A stretch of 58,407 nucleotides of DNA, counting the filler, from Sphacelaria rigidula (taxonomy: Eukaryota): assembly GCA_964200075.2 (NCBI GenBank). It is 4 parts of 4 records of this genome, joined end to end, with 100 filler letters (N's around TTAATTAATTAA, not from the genome) between each part and the next. Parts side by side here need not be neighbours in the genome. Positions count along the whole stretch, not along the records: positions 43,882 to 58,407 come from CAXNAA020002207.1; 3 more parts are not named here. The stretch is one strand, 5' to 3'. The stretch's first letter is position 1; each line of letters begins with the position of its first letter. The position numbers were made by a program, and so were the translations under genes. This document shows, in pieces, positions 45,357-58,094 of the stretch. The notes under the pieces are model-generated. The model did not search any database. It was not told where the DNA came from and worked only from the letters and a program-made list of their open reading frames with translations.

Positions 45357-47497
45357 TTATCCTGCGCTGTCTGTACTGTACTCTCCCCCTTCCCTTTTAC
45401 GCCCTACTTACTGTGCTGCAGCGGCTGTGCGCATACGCTGTGGGACGCGCATGTAATACCGACGTTCGTGACGGTATGTAACACCCCCATATATCAAAAA
45501 GAGCTGCAGGCATCTACATTGTATATATAGCCAGCCATCTGCGGTACATGTCGCCGCACGCATAAGCACGGTATAGCACACTGTCCCACATGGTATTGTA
45601 GAGTCTAGAACAGTTCATCGTTGAGAATATACATCCCGAGTACGCAGTGTCAACCGCGCGAGAAGATGTTTCATTATTTCGTGTATTGTCTTGGTTTGGT
45701 CGACACGGGACTACAGGTTTCAGGTATATGCGTTCATAACCGAGTTAAATCACGGTCCATCAACAGTACTTCAGCAACTAAACCTCGCGTGCAGTATGCG
45801 GGACTTGTGAACAGCAGAAGCTCCTCGCGAATAAGTTCTTCCTTCGGCTACCTTTCAGGTATGGCGGGCAAGATGGGGATCCATTATTTCGAATAGCAGA
45901 GACTGTCCTTCTTTCCTCTGCTATATAGTGTATGTGGAATTATCTGTACAGCTTCTGCTCTTCGAAATGAATCCGTTTTACCCTATTCCAAGTTCGGAAC
46001 TAGCATTCATTTTGAACAGCAGCGGCTGTTCAAATTCCGATTTCCGTTGCACTTGTGCCTCAAAAGAACAATCCGGGGCATTTCAGTGTCGACACGGACC
46101 TTCGAGGGCCCCAAAATCAGAAATCCTCAACATCAAGAAGTACAAAGAATACTCCATGTTCACAACGACTACCATGTGTAGCTTAGTGGATAACCACGTT
46201 TCTTCCCAAAGATGGAGTAGTGGGTTCGATTTCCCGTCAGACCGTGCCCAGTCCTTTCTTTTCAGTCAGTACCTCGCCCGCAGCTGCATGTGAAGGGCAG
46301 TGTTTGTGCGTAAACGCACTGCACAGCATTGCCGGCAGCGATGAACTCTTCACGGAGCGACGGAACCCTGTGATGTACCCTATTCATGACCACTGTAGAG
46401 AAACCCTGTGAAGCGTCCTGTGCTACGCTGGAAAACACTGTGCAGTAAAATTTCCGCCAGAAACACTGCGCAGGGTACGTGAACCCTGTAGACCCCCTCC
46501 ACAGGGGTAACTGTGTCCACGTGTGTCATCTAAGAGCTCGCTAGAACTGTGGTGAGCTGATGCTCAGCGATGAGGAACTATGAGACAAGTCCCAAGACTT
46601 CACAGAGCCGTTCGTGTCTTGTTTTGATTACCGATACTAATGCCAAAGGTCTAGACTCGAAAACAAGTATCAACAAGGAGGTGGGGCTAATGGATGTGTC
46701 GACCTCTGATCATTACAGCTGGAAGCTGAAACATTACGCATGCTAGCAACTAGGGGGGAGGCGCAATGCTGCCTTGGGATCGAGAACGATTCCTGGATCG
46801 ATCCGTGGAGCCTCGAGATGTTCACAACATCGGTGACGGCAAGACAGTTCGAGTGTCAGTTTGATACCCAACACCCGCTCACACATTCGACCACACCGCG
46901 TACGAATACGTGCTCCTCACGCCACCACCTGGAAAACGTGTTTTCAACGAGAACGGTGCCACCCCGTCCGTCCTGGGTATATTGTCACCGTCCACCTAAC
47001 GGGGGAGCTACGCCAGTAATTATGCTCATCGCACCTCCGCGTCGGGCGGCATAGACAATAACACACACCATCACACACAGTCACCTGGGATACTCTTTCA
47101 ACAACTTTTTACACACTACTCAATTCACGCTGGAGTACGTCGTGGCGGGCAACTCACTGGCGACGAAAACAGTGATGTTCGTCTTACAACGGCAGCGATA
47201 CATCGACAGACGTAAATTCTAATCACACGGCGACGTCCGGCTACCCAGATCATCTCCCATACATTCAACAAACTGCTACTCCGGGGACCGCGCAGCAAAA
47301 GCCGGTATGTTGCGCGACACATGCGTGATGTTCGCCTCCCTAATTCCCATGGAGCCAACCGCAAGCCTGCGCGCCAACCTAACTTCCCCGGCGATTGACG
47401 CGGGGGAAGCGTACCAGAGTGTGTGCCATCATGCACCGACAGCCTGAGTTGGATGTGCTCGATGCCTCAACAACTACCGTTACCGCACCCGTGTGGG

Positions 47498-50400
47498 TCA
47501 GACCGGGGCCGGTGTTGGTGCAGGGGTCGGCGCAGGGGTCGGCGCCGGTGTTGGTGCAGGGGTCGGCGCGGGGGTCGGCGCCGGTGTTGGCGCAGGGGTC
47601 GGCGCCGGTGTTGGCGCAGGGGTCGGCGCGGGGGTCGGCGCCGGTGTTGGCGCAGGGGTCGGCGCAGGAGTCGGCGCCGGTGTTGGTGCAGGGGTCGGCG
47701 CAGGAGTCGGCGCCGTTGTTGGCGCAGGGGTCGGCGCAGGGGTCGGCGCCGGTGTTGGCGCAGGGGTCGGCGCAGGGGTCGGCGCAGGGGTCGGTGCCGG
47801 TGTTGGCGCAGGGATCGGTGCAGGGGTCGGCGAAGGAGTTGGCACAGGGGTGACGGGAGCCATGGTCGGCGCTGGGGACGGCACAGGTGTGACGGGAGCC
47901 GTGGTCGGCGCTGGGGTCGGCACAGGTGTGACGGGAGCCATGGTCGGCGCTGGGGACGGCACGGGTGTGACGGGAGCCGTGGTCGGCGCTGGGGTCGGCA
48001 CAGGTGTGACGGGAGCCGTGGTCGGCGCTGGGGTCACCACGGGCGCAGGTGTGCGAGAGTCGTCGTTGAAGAGGATCAGCTGAACGACGCAGACGTTTCT
48101 GGTGCAGAAGACCGGAAACCTCTGTCGCCGGTTAAACACGGGAGTGAACGTGGCGAGTCTGACCGGCGTGCGAAGGACGACCAGGCCATTGACGACCCCG
48201 ATCAGGAAGGGGTTCGAGTTGGCGATCGAGATAGTCCGGCGGAAGATCTCCACCGTCACGATAGTCAAAATCACCTGACATTCGAAAAACCGCAGAGTTC
48301 AAGGCGACGACACCGGAAGAGTGGACGATTGTTCGGCGAACGAGAAATAAGGAAGGCGATATGTTGGTATCGTGTTCTCGCTGCCTCACCACGCGTGCTC
48401 TATACCGGCGCCCACGTCATGTTGATCATGGGACGAAAATGGCTCGCTGGCTATGGTTGTCCCCTATCGCCGACACGACCCGCGATGAGGAACCCAACTC
48501 GGACCATGCTGCCCCCCCTCCCCGCCCATTCATCGGGCGTCGGGTTCCGGGAGAGAGTCGTGTTCTTTTCGACCATGATACTCGACACAAACAGTCAACT
48601 TACAACCTACCGTGCAACACACAAATCTGCTCAGCGACAACCGAGGGATTGACGATAGAACCGCCAGACGGCGGTCAACGCCTCCACGCCAACAAGGCCT
48701 TCGCCCTTGCCCAAGGGATACGATACGTATTCTCGTGAAACAGTAGACAGAGTAAATGTACTTCTGGTGTGTAGCCCCACAACTGACGAGTTTGTAACCT
48801 TGAGACCTTCTGACGGCTGTGTCGTGAGTTCAAATCCCGGCGACGTTATACAAGCTGAGCTCATCTCTCACACCATGCAAAACAGCAGAAAGCGACCATG
48901 TCGTGGGTACACAATATTCGACTTCACGGTCGACGAGGAAAAAGGACAGCTGAACACCTCTCGCGAAAAATAAGTGAGGCAAGTACCGCGAGAGGAAGGT
49001 GGGGTACTAAAACAAACGAAAGACAAACCCCCGTGTTGGCCTTCCTCCTGGATGACTCCGGCTGACGTGCCCACCTATACCGAAATATGCGAACTGGCGT
49101 CCAGGATAAATGACATGGCAACACGCGCGCACACACACATCTACAGACAGTAAGCCTGGGAGGTGCACAACGGATCGCTCACATTGATGGTCGACCGCCC
49201 CTGAAGACTGCGAGACTCGTCATTCTGCGCTGCCATCGCCGTGTTCTCCGCTCCGGTCGCTTCCGTCAACCTTCGTGCGGCTGACACGAAAACTGTGACC
49301 TGTCCCACCACGACTCCAGTTTGGTCCACTAAAATGACCGTGGGGGTCTCGCCGACCACCAGATCTCCCGGTCGGATGATTGCGGAGCCTACCGCAAGGC
49401 CCGGTATTCCTGCATATTCGCAGCAACGAGGGCAAGGCCGATCTCAACAGAACGGGTGCGTTCACGAACTATAGTATGCAGGACAGCCACGGAGCACGAC
49501 CCCGATTGCGGGAACTAGCACAACGCAACCGTCTTGTACCAGGCCCGACAAACTCCGGCACCTCGGCAGGTCATGACAAAACCATCAGAACAGAAAACCC
49601 CCTCCCACGTGGCCTCACCCGGTATCGACACGATGTCCTGGAATCCTGCCACCGGGGCCGGCGTCGGGGCCTGCCTGGCAGTCGGCGCCGGCGTGGCAGT
49701 CGGCGCCGGCGTGGCAGTCGGAGCTGGCGTGGCAGTCGGGGTCACCGTGGGTGCCGGAGTGACCTTCTTCGCTGCAACCGACGGAGGCAGAAACACAGAG
49801 CGGCACAACCGGGGCGCGTGGAAGACGTAGCAGCAAAACATGTGAATTCAAAACACCGCTGCTGCGCGAGGGGCGGGGGAGGGGGTGGCGGGTGGCGGTG
49901 GGATGGGTCGATACACGGTGCCATTTCGACGAAGACGGGCACGCATGTCGACATACCGCTCGTGATTGACCGCATACCTGCTATGCCGTTGTTTTCGACA
50001 CCAGCCGACCACGAAAAACAAGTTATAACTTGGACCATTTCTACAGCATGGCACACGGGACGTTAGGCAGGTCGGCGGTGTACTCACCAGGGAATCTCCG
50101 GCCTCTGCGCCCACCACGCCTTCTTCGCCTCCTCCCCTTCCTGCCCCTCCCCCTCCTCCTCCGGCTCCTCCTCCCGCCCCTCCTCCTTCTCTTCTTACCC
50201 CTTCCCCGGCCCTTTCTCTTGAGATCTCGTCTCTCCTCCTCACCTGAATTTAGGGGGGCAACAGCGCGGATAATGACGGCAAGAAGTGGAGGCGTTGGCG
50301 GCGTTGGCATCCCCTGTGCGGTTCATCATATACGAGGTGCGCGACTGCACTACAAGGCATCGTTGGCAACGACACATTATTCGAGTACGGATTGCGCCAG

Positions 50401-51860
50401 GCCGAAAACCGATACTTCTCTACCGCCTGATGACGGCTTCTTCAGTCTCCCACATTGACCCGATGCAAGTATATCGCTCGAGAGTGTAGACCAGCCTGCT
50501 GATGAATGTTCCCCGGCTCGGAAAAGCACCAACTCAAGAACGGAACCAGATCATGCTGAAAACAAAAGCCATGTGTCGGGAGCGGAACTAGTAACTTTCG
50601 CAGCTGGAGTGCGGTGTCATGGAAAGTTGAACGCCTCACACAAGTGGGAGCACAGGATTCTTCACGGACGTCGCGAACGTTCCTTTCCCTCCCATGGTTC
50701 CATACCGTGTTCATCTTACAGACCCGACGAAGTAAAAACGCTCTTGTCGGGATTCGAACCCACGACCTACCGCCTTGTGGCGCCGTATTTTTCCACCGTC
50801 ATACACTCTCACCGGAATGCACGACCCCATTCTGGTCGGTTCGGGCCACAGCTGTACACACGCACCTCTCATATGTCAATGTGCAAAGACTGACCTCGGT
50901 AGCCACAAGAGTTGGGGGTATCTTTGCCGAGTCGGGACATCCCAAATACACTCCAGAATCTCCACAACATGGCTCTCATTTGCTGTCTTTTCTTTTCCGG
51001 CTACCGCGGTCCGTTTTCGCATCTCGATACCAACTCTCGAGTCTAGTGTTTAGCTTGAAGATATCGGGGCCAGACCGCGCAAGGCTAGTCAAGCGCCGAA
51101 AAACGTGCTTCGAGCCAGTGAGCGTGTAGCACGTTCTGACGCTCGGTAGCATCTGAAAGGCCCACCTTCCGCTGATGCACGCGTAACGGAGCCCTGAGTC
51201 ACTGCAGGGACAGACGCCGTGGCCAAGGCTGTCGGACGCTCATCTTCCCGGAAAGCCACTGCCGCAGTCCCCGACCCTAAAGCGTAAATTCAAGACACAC
51301 AGACGACATCGAACGCTGAGACATCCTCCTTTAGCATACAGGCAAACCGGAAGCCGCCAACGATGTCAACTACCACCAGTTCGACACCAATCGAATGCCC
51401 GGTCACCTCGAAGAAATGAACAGATATCAGTGAGATGCTGCTCGTGGTGACGACATCTGACATGCACGTGCGCCACGATCAAATCCCTGCAGCACATCCT
51501 ACACGCCTGCCTTGGCGCTCCACTGACGACCGTGATATTGTAATGCGTGAGAGGACCGCGTGCTTAGAGGACCGCATCGGAATTGGAGAACCCCCATGGT
51601 TAGAGATGGGGTTAGGGTTAGTGTTGGGGTTAGGGTCAGGGGCGAGATACCTGCAGGGACTGACCCGGTTGGTTTTGAAGAACGTCGATCCTGAGGTATT
51701 TTGAACTACGGCGCGGTCCTCTAAGCACGCGGTCCTCTCAAGCAATACAAAATCCAAGACATTCGACCTGCCACTCACCCGCTGCAGTTGAACGCTCGAA
51801 GAGGGCCAAGCAAAAGGTGATCCCAACCACACATGCGTACAGCCTCTTCGCCGACCACAT
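47498..51860 (-). CDS. Secreted Pro/Thr-rich (TPAP) mucin/extensin-like protein with Arg/Gly-rich polycationic segment, ~501 aa (exons 51779-51860, 51166-51276, 50088-50243, 49619-49771, 49183-49409, 47498-48274)
   Basis: Six GT-AG exons with compatible phases total 1506 nt. Signal-peptide-like start [48 protein letters not shown]...; two TPAP repeat blocks; stop at 47498. Exons 1-3 are less certain than exons 4-6. Confidence 0.78.
47500..48055 (-). repeat. Coding tandem repeat: 12-bp units (TPAP) and 39-bp units ([13 protein letters not shown])
   Basis: ggggtcggcgca / ggtgttggcgca arrays on the plus strand. Confidence 0.92.
48772..49140 (+). mobile_element. tRNA-derived SINE (family B) in intron 5 of the secreted-protein gene
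   Basis: B box gagttcaaatccc; body aligns to 23793-24170; (CA) tail. Confidence 0.8.
50480..50810 (-). mobile_element. tRNA-derived SINE (different family)
   Basis: Minus strand ggtcgtgggttcgaatcccgacaag (B box at ~50745-50765); the 3' boundary is approximate. Confidence 0.5.
51539..51749 (+). mobile_element. ~210-bp telomeric-repeat MITE (family C), copy 1, in intron 1
   Basis: 37-bp TIR TGTAATGCGTGAGAGGACCGCGTGCTTAGAGGACCGC; internal gggttagggtta. Confidence 0.88.
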
Positions 51861-52164
51861 CTTGTCCGCCGCGTGTCCCGATCGCAGTCTGTAGAGCACA
51901 ATTCAGCACACGAAGCAAAAAAAAGGCAGCGTGCCATCTTGAGGTGATGTCTCTTCGAAGCCGCGATATGACTGGCGTCAGCCCATGTGTAATCGTCGAG
52001 TGTCCCGAGTCTCCCTGCCCCCCCCCCCCCCCCCCCCCCCCCCTCTGAGGGTTTCTGATCCAGCGCAGGCAACACTAATGATTGGAATGAGTCGATGAAC
52101 CGCAAGAGTCGGCGTTGTTCCTCCTCCCTACTGTGGAGACATCCGTCTCCGTAATAATAAAACA

Positions 52165-52294
52165 GTGTTGGGATTAGGGTCAGGGGGGATCCCTGCAGGG
52201 ACTGGTCCGACTGGTATTGAGAAACGTGTATCTTGGGGTGTTTCGAACCACGATGCGGTCCGAAACGCCCGCGGTCCCCCCACGCATTATTACA
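52165..52294 (+). mobile_element. MITE family C, truncated copy 2
   Basis: 3' half only: ctgcagggactg...gcggtcc...cacgcatta. Confidence 0.7.
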
Positions 52295-53577
52295 ACATCA
52301 CACACATCGTTTCATCTCTTCCAAAAACTGCACACGTGCACACGATGTCCACTCGACTATAAACGGCCGAAGACGTCCATCTCTATTCGCGCCAACGAAC
52401 ACTTGGCTAGCCGGGCGACATCTCTGTCGACCACGCGATAAAGCCGTCGACGGACGTGCAACAAGGGCTGTGCGAGGCTTCTCATGACGGCCATTGCCGC
52501 CTCTTCTTGAACGAAATCACCACCGAAAACCCTAGAAAAAGAAGCCTCTATCGCCTTCCTCATGGAAATGGACCCCCAGCAATCCATGTTTTCATGACGT
52601 CACTCACGGCGAGTCACTCCTCTCCATGACGCTCAACATACCTAGAATGCTTACCCACGGCCCGCATTCCACCGGGTAGCACAGACGGCCACGGTACACA
52701 CACACTGCCTTCTCACCGTGACTCCTAGGTGTGGCAGCTGCTGTCCCGAAAAATGATGAAGGGCCGGGTCTCGATTGTTTTTGATGTGGATGGCGGGAGG
52801 AGGGAAGGGGGGGGGGGGGGAAGGGGGGTTGGCGAGAGCAGCGAACAGGGTGGCGAAACGTGTCCCATTTCCTTGCGGGCACCTGTTTCATAACCTGCCC
52901 AAGTGCTGGTACGGACATGACTGAGACGTACATGTATTTTCCACGTTTCATTTATACAGCATGAATGACGGGCACAGGCGTTTTCTGCTGCTTCATCGGT
53001 GCGACATGGCTCGTGCGCACATGTGACACACCCGGACCAAGCTCGACCAATGAGAACGGACGTGTGAAATCGACTCTTTGATCGCCAAGGTAGGCAGGTC
53101 ATTCCTTGAATCGGTCATAATTTGAGTTGGAGAATGTGCTCAAGACTCACACGATCCACACTGGCGGTGACGAGGTCATCCTGTGACCGCCGGGGTAGGT
53201 TACCTAATCAGGGGTCGTAATATCCTTCGAGGGAAAATGATGTCGATTCGACGGATGGCCTACCCTGCAAGCCAAACGGTTGCGGCGCGCGAGATATGGA
53301 ACGCCAGCCATGGGTAGAGGAAGTATTTGGTTGTTTGCATGAACCATATCGTCAGACTCTCTGCCGGAACGCTCATACAGTTGCGGCCCGCAATTAATGA
53401 AGATGTAGTCAAGAAAAATAGGCTGGGCCTTTCACGGAAAATTGGAAAAATGGACTAAGAAACACACCTCAAGCTGGGCGACAAGATAAGAAACATGAAA
53501 ATAAGAAACAGCGCGGATACATACCTAAAATAGGCATAAATAAGAAAAATAAGAAACTAGGTGACTGGGGAGCTCCC

Positions 53578-53789
53578 TGTAATGCGTGAGAGGACCGCGT
53601 GCTTAGAGGACCGCATCGGAATTTGAACATCACTATGGTGAAGGTTAGGGTTAGGGTAAGTGTTAGGGTTATGGTCAGGGGCGTGGTACCTCCAGGGACT
53701 GACCCAATTGGTTTTTAAAAAACGTCGATCCTGAGGTGTTTTGAATCACGGCGCGGTCCTCTAAGCACGCGGTCCTCTCACGCATTACA
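53578..53789 (+). mobile_element. MITE family C, copy 3, with 5-bp TSD CTCCC
   Basis: Perfect 37-bp TIR; ctccc on both flanks. Confidence 0.92.
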
Positions 53790-54997
53790 CTCCCTCCCAA
53801 CTAAGAAACGTACCCATAATATCAAGACCCCCCCCCCCCCTGCTGAACTATACTTTTGTGGGAGCGGCATAATACGTTCTTGATTTACGGCTGTTTCGTG
53901 CGGCGCGATCGAAGCCGGTTGGGGCTGTTCTTTGTGCGGCCGCTAGGCCTGAGTCCTTTGTGCCGGCATAATTCCTAGCATCACTCGTATTTTTTGCCCG
54001 AATTAGCCTACGAGCATCATGCCAGCATGATCAGGGCTGAGGTAGCGTAATACCCCGTTTAGCGGCATAATCCGGTAGCACAAAAATCGATACCGGCTAT
54101 TTCGATTGTAGAGCATGACCTTTACAGCCGAACACAAAACATGCGGTAGCAGCGGTGGCTTCTGTTTCAGCAAAATAGCCTCAGTTTTCTTTTGTGCGGT
54201 GTCCCTGAAAATCATTGTCTTGTTTTGGTTGTTCTGCATGGGGGAGGAAGCACAGCACAACCTACCTAGCATTTTGAGTAGCGCCAGTTAGACACTGTAG
54301 AGCTGCGGGGGTGTTTTTCCTTGGGTAAGTTGCGTGGAGCGAGGAGGTGGCGGAGGCAGTACATCGAGGATATAACAAAACGACAATTTAAGAAAACCAA
54401 CAGGATCCGGTCGGCCAGAAATATACGAAAACTCAATACAAGAAAAGACACAACTGATGCTAGTGTTTGCGCCCGAAGTAAGACTTTGAGCCTCGACCCC
54501 AAACTGACATTTCTTATCTCCGGGCCGTAACTGTATGACGTGTGCATATTCCTCACCTGGCGTCCGGTCCACAGGGCACGGATCACGTGTACACGTTTCC
54601 CACCTGCCCCTCCTACGGCGAAAAACAGACGCACATGTTCTCAGTCGTGGTTTGTTCGGCCCAAATGAAGCGTACATGGGTATCCTTCATGCGGCACGAA
54701 TTACATGTACATGTTTCTCAGGCTGTCCGCATTATCGAGACGAAATAGTAAGAACGGTGATAGACGTATCTCAAACTCGATGTCCCAGCTATATTTCACG
54801 ACAAGCTTGGGGAATTCTGGGCTTCGAGTTTGAGACATTCCTCAAACGACTCTTCCGAACAGAAATCAACGAGTTCTCAGCTGGATCTTTGACGAAAGTC
54901 CTCCCCCGTTTACAAGCTTGATTGAGTTCATATTATTTCCAATGTGAGGCCGTGTCTTGCTTAGCACATCGTTTTCGATCGAAACAATTTAAGCACC

Positions 54998-55296
54998 GGT
55001 TTCGTGATATTGAGAGTAGAGCGCTGATTGAGAGTGACTCCGATCATTCGCTGTAACTTAGCCATTCTTTTATTCCGTGTGTGCTTCTCTTTGCCTCTAT
55101 CATTCGCGTGTGCTCACAGATACACGTCGATATCCTACTCGGGGATATCAAAGGTCTCAGTGGCAAGCTACTACTGCACCACAGAAAACATTTTGGACCT
55201 CGTGGAGGGGTATCTCGGAACTGAAACGATTCAATCACTAATTGACATATTTTCACTCTCACTCGTATCCTCTACTACTCTCAATCTCACGAAATC
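54998..55296 (-). mobile_element. MITE family D, copy 4
   Basis: Reverse-orientation copy of 26252-26544. Confidence 0.8.
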
Positions 55297-55326
55297 ATCG
55301 TTCGTAGTGGAAAACAAAAATCCCGA

Positions 55327-55548
55327 TGTAATGCGTCATAGGACCGCGTGCTTCGAGCACCGCATCGGAATTTGAACATCGCTATGGTTAGGGTTAGGGT
55401 TAGGGTTAGGGTAAGTGTTGGGGTCAGGGTCAGGTGCGTGGTTCCTGCAGGGACCGGCTCCATTGGTTCTGAAAAACGTCGATCCAGAGGTGTGTCGAAC
55501 TACTGTACGATGCGGTCCTCTACGCACGCGGTCCTTTCACGCATTGCA
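55327..55548 (+). mobile_element. MITE family C, copy 4 (4-bp CCGA flanks)
   Basis: TIRs plus (GGGTTA)4. Confidence 0.88.
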
Positions 55549-55769
55549 CCGATCTGATAGGTCGTGACTTCAACCATCTTCAGAATTTACGACGATGGTA
55601 TCAGATCGGGATTGTTGTTTTCCAGCCCACCATTTCGATCGAAACCAAAAGTCCAATCAAAGCCGTCGAAAGATACAATGTATACATGACGTGCGTATGA
55701 TTTTTGTATGCGGGGATCTTGGCAGTTGACTTTTTTTGTTTTTTGGCGTAAGTGTCATATGGAAAATAA

Positions 55770-56240
55770 GGCTACTTCTTGTGTATCGAAAAAATAAACT
55801 TGTTGAGAAAAAGTGCATTTTTGGCCCTTCTCCGTCGTTTTCCCCCCGAAAAGAGGGCTAGGCGGCTGTTGACACCTTGGAATGACTTGCTCTACTCGCT
55901 GAGACGGTCCCAGAGCACCTTTGCGTTTCCCGTAGGTCACTGTTTGGTTTTTGGCCAAACCATAATTTTCAGTAAGAAGAGTCAAGTTGTCCAAAAACAG
56001 GGGGAAACTGGCATTTTTTTGGTAACTTGACCGTTTGTCATTGAAAATTCAAGTTTGGCCAAAAACCAAACAGTGACCTACGGGAAACGCAAAGGTGCTC
56101 TGGGGCCGTCTCAGCGAGTAGAGCAAGTCATTCCAAGTTGTCAACAGCCGCCTAGTGCTCTTTTCGGGGGGAAAACGACGGAGACGGGCCAAAAATGCAC
56201 TTTTAAACAAGTTAAATTTTTCGATACATGAGAAGTAGCC
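55770..56240. mobile_element. Near-perfect foldback: ~190-bp arms, ~90-bp loop
   Basis: 55770-55960 is the reverse complement of 56053-56240 with few mismatches; ends GGCTAC...GTAGCC. Confidence 0.85.
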
Positions 56241-56673
56241 GAAGACTGTGAGACTCAAACCGAGGTGACTTCACCACTTGGCAGTTGACAAATATTTCTC
56301 GGAAAGTTATGGTTTGTGCAGATGCGGATGATCATGACTGTTCTTTTCGAGGGGCCTCATATCGGGAAATGGCTGCACCATCGCCTATACTAACTACAAG
56401 TAATCAGATGTAATTAACGTGAGATTAATACACGTGCTGGTGCAGTGCAGAAACTACCATCGCCATATCCAGCAACCAGGGGGAACGCCCCCCCCCCCCC
56501 CCCCCCTCCCGCTGCCCCTCCCCCTTCTTCAACCCCAAAATGAGCTTTTTGCGGCCTGGGGAGCGGTGGTGCAGCCGTTTCCCAACATGCGGCCCCCTGG
56601 TTCTTTTCGCACATGAGCCTGGCGCATGGAACAATACCTCTCGCGACATCTGTTCGACACCAACTGTCACCTC

Positions 56674-56884
56674 TGTGATGCGTGAGAGGATCGCGGGCTT
56701 AGAGGACCGCATCGGAGTTTGAACATCCCTATGCTCAGGGTTAGGGTCAGAGTTAGTGTTGGGGTTACACTCAGGGGCGTCGTACCTGCAGGTACTGACC
56801 CGATTGATTTTGAAAAACGTCGATCCTAAGGTGTTTTGAACTACGCCGCGGTCATCTAAGCACGCGGTCCTCTCACGCATTACA
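56674..56884 (+). mobile_element. MITE family C, copy 5, with 5-bp TSD ACCTC
   Basis: TIRs; acctc on both flanks. Confidence 0.9.
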
Positions 56885-56958
56885 ACCTCCTTCGTGACAG
56901 TCCCGGAAAAATTGCGCCGATTTTCAGCAAGACCGAGCACACACGCGCGCAGTCAATG

Positions 56959-56967
56959 ACACACACA

Positions 56968-57005
<38 letters not shown>
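56959..57005. repeat. (CA)n microsatellite
   Basis: Read directly from the sequence. Confidence 0.9.
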
Positions 57006-57008
<3 letters not shown>

Positions 57009-57643
57009 GAACACTGCGTAGCATTTCTGCTGCCCCTGGACGTGCCAAGTTGCTGCAGTGCACCAGCTTTGAGGAGAAGACCTCACTTGATACTTACAGC
57101 AGCCTGGCCACATGTGCACGCATTCGAGTCCAGTAGCAGTTGCGCAACACACCTCCCGATGCTGCAATTGCTATGCGGGTGATGTAGCGCCGAGGGCAGA
57201 GCGACACAGTTCGACACAGCTCGAGTTTCTATGTCAAGGCTGCATCATCACACCACAGCGGAATCGTGGGCTTGTACCCGAGAGAAGTTGGGCATGAATA
57301 GCAGCGATGATGGGTAGTAGCTGAGTGACTTCCATGCTGTACTGGCGGGAAATCATACCGTTCTGGCGGGAAACTACAGCGATAACGAAAACTCCGTCCT
57401 CCGTGGAGGAGGCGGGCTTGTTGCCGAGGGAGTGGACGGGATGCCGCCGGCCCGTCCTTTTTCGGTCAACACTCAACACGCGGGCGACAGCGCTCTTCCC
57501 CCGGTAATACGCCCTGTACAATACGACCCTGCGTTTTCTCTCAGGCGATCCTATTGGTCGCAAATGGATTTGGTTGTTCTGAACCGACACTGGTCGTTCG
57601 GGGCACTCCAAGCGGCACTACTACAACGCAGGATGGGGCAAAA

Positions 57644-57839
57644 TGTAATGCGTGAGAGGACCGCGTGGTTAGAGAACCGCGCCGTAGTTCAAAACACCTC
57701 AAGATCGACGTTTTTCAAAACCAATCGGGTCAGTCCCTGGAGGTACCACGCCCCTGACCATAACCCTAACCCTCACCATTAGGATCTTCAAATTCCGATG
57801 CGGTCCTCTAAGCACGCGGCCCTCTCACGCATTACTACA
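57644..57839 (-). mobile_element. MITE family C, copy 6 (opposite orientation)
   Basis: TIRs; internal taaccctaaccc. Confidence 0.88.
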
Positions 57840-58094
57840 CAAAGCACCAAACCAGACATATCGCTTCTCACATCGGGGGGGGGTGGTCATGGGAGGAGTG
57901 CGATCGATCAGACGGTTTATCGGCGGAGGTGGTGGCAGAGGCGGTCACGATAGGAACGACGGCGGAGGGGGAGGCGGTGGCGTAGAGTCGTTGTTATCCG
58001 CAAGGTGCAAAGTGGTGAACCAGGCATCACTCCATCCTACGAGCGCCGTTTGTTCAACCGTCCCAGAGTACCCGAGGAAAGGCATGGTCGTGGG

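Noticed and set aside
47423-48652. Plus-strand ORFs (409-aa Arg/Cys/Trp-rich; 196-aa GAGV; 152-aa QGSA)
   Set aside because: These are antisense shadows of the TPAP repeat. The minus-strand frame has splice sites and a coherent gene model.
50244-50313. Upstream acceptor or ATG at 50310 for the secreted-protein gene
   Set aside because: Its phase is incompatible with exon 2; the acceptor at 50244 has a pyrimidine tract and the correct phase.
51270-51285. accctaaa as a telomerase-RNA template
   Set aside because: It is simply the tttag acceptor of exon 2 on the minus strand.
57234-57611. 125-aa ORF; likewise 44498-44857, 52357-52587 and 566-1213
   Set aside because: No recognisable motifs or supported exon chain; 566-1213 runs through a MITE.
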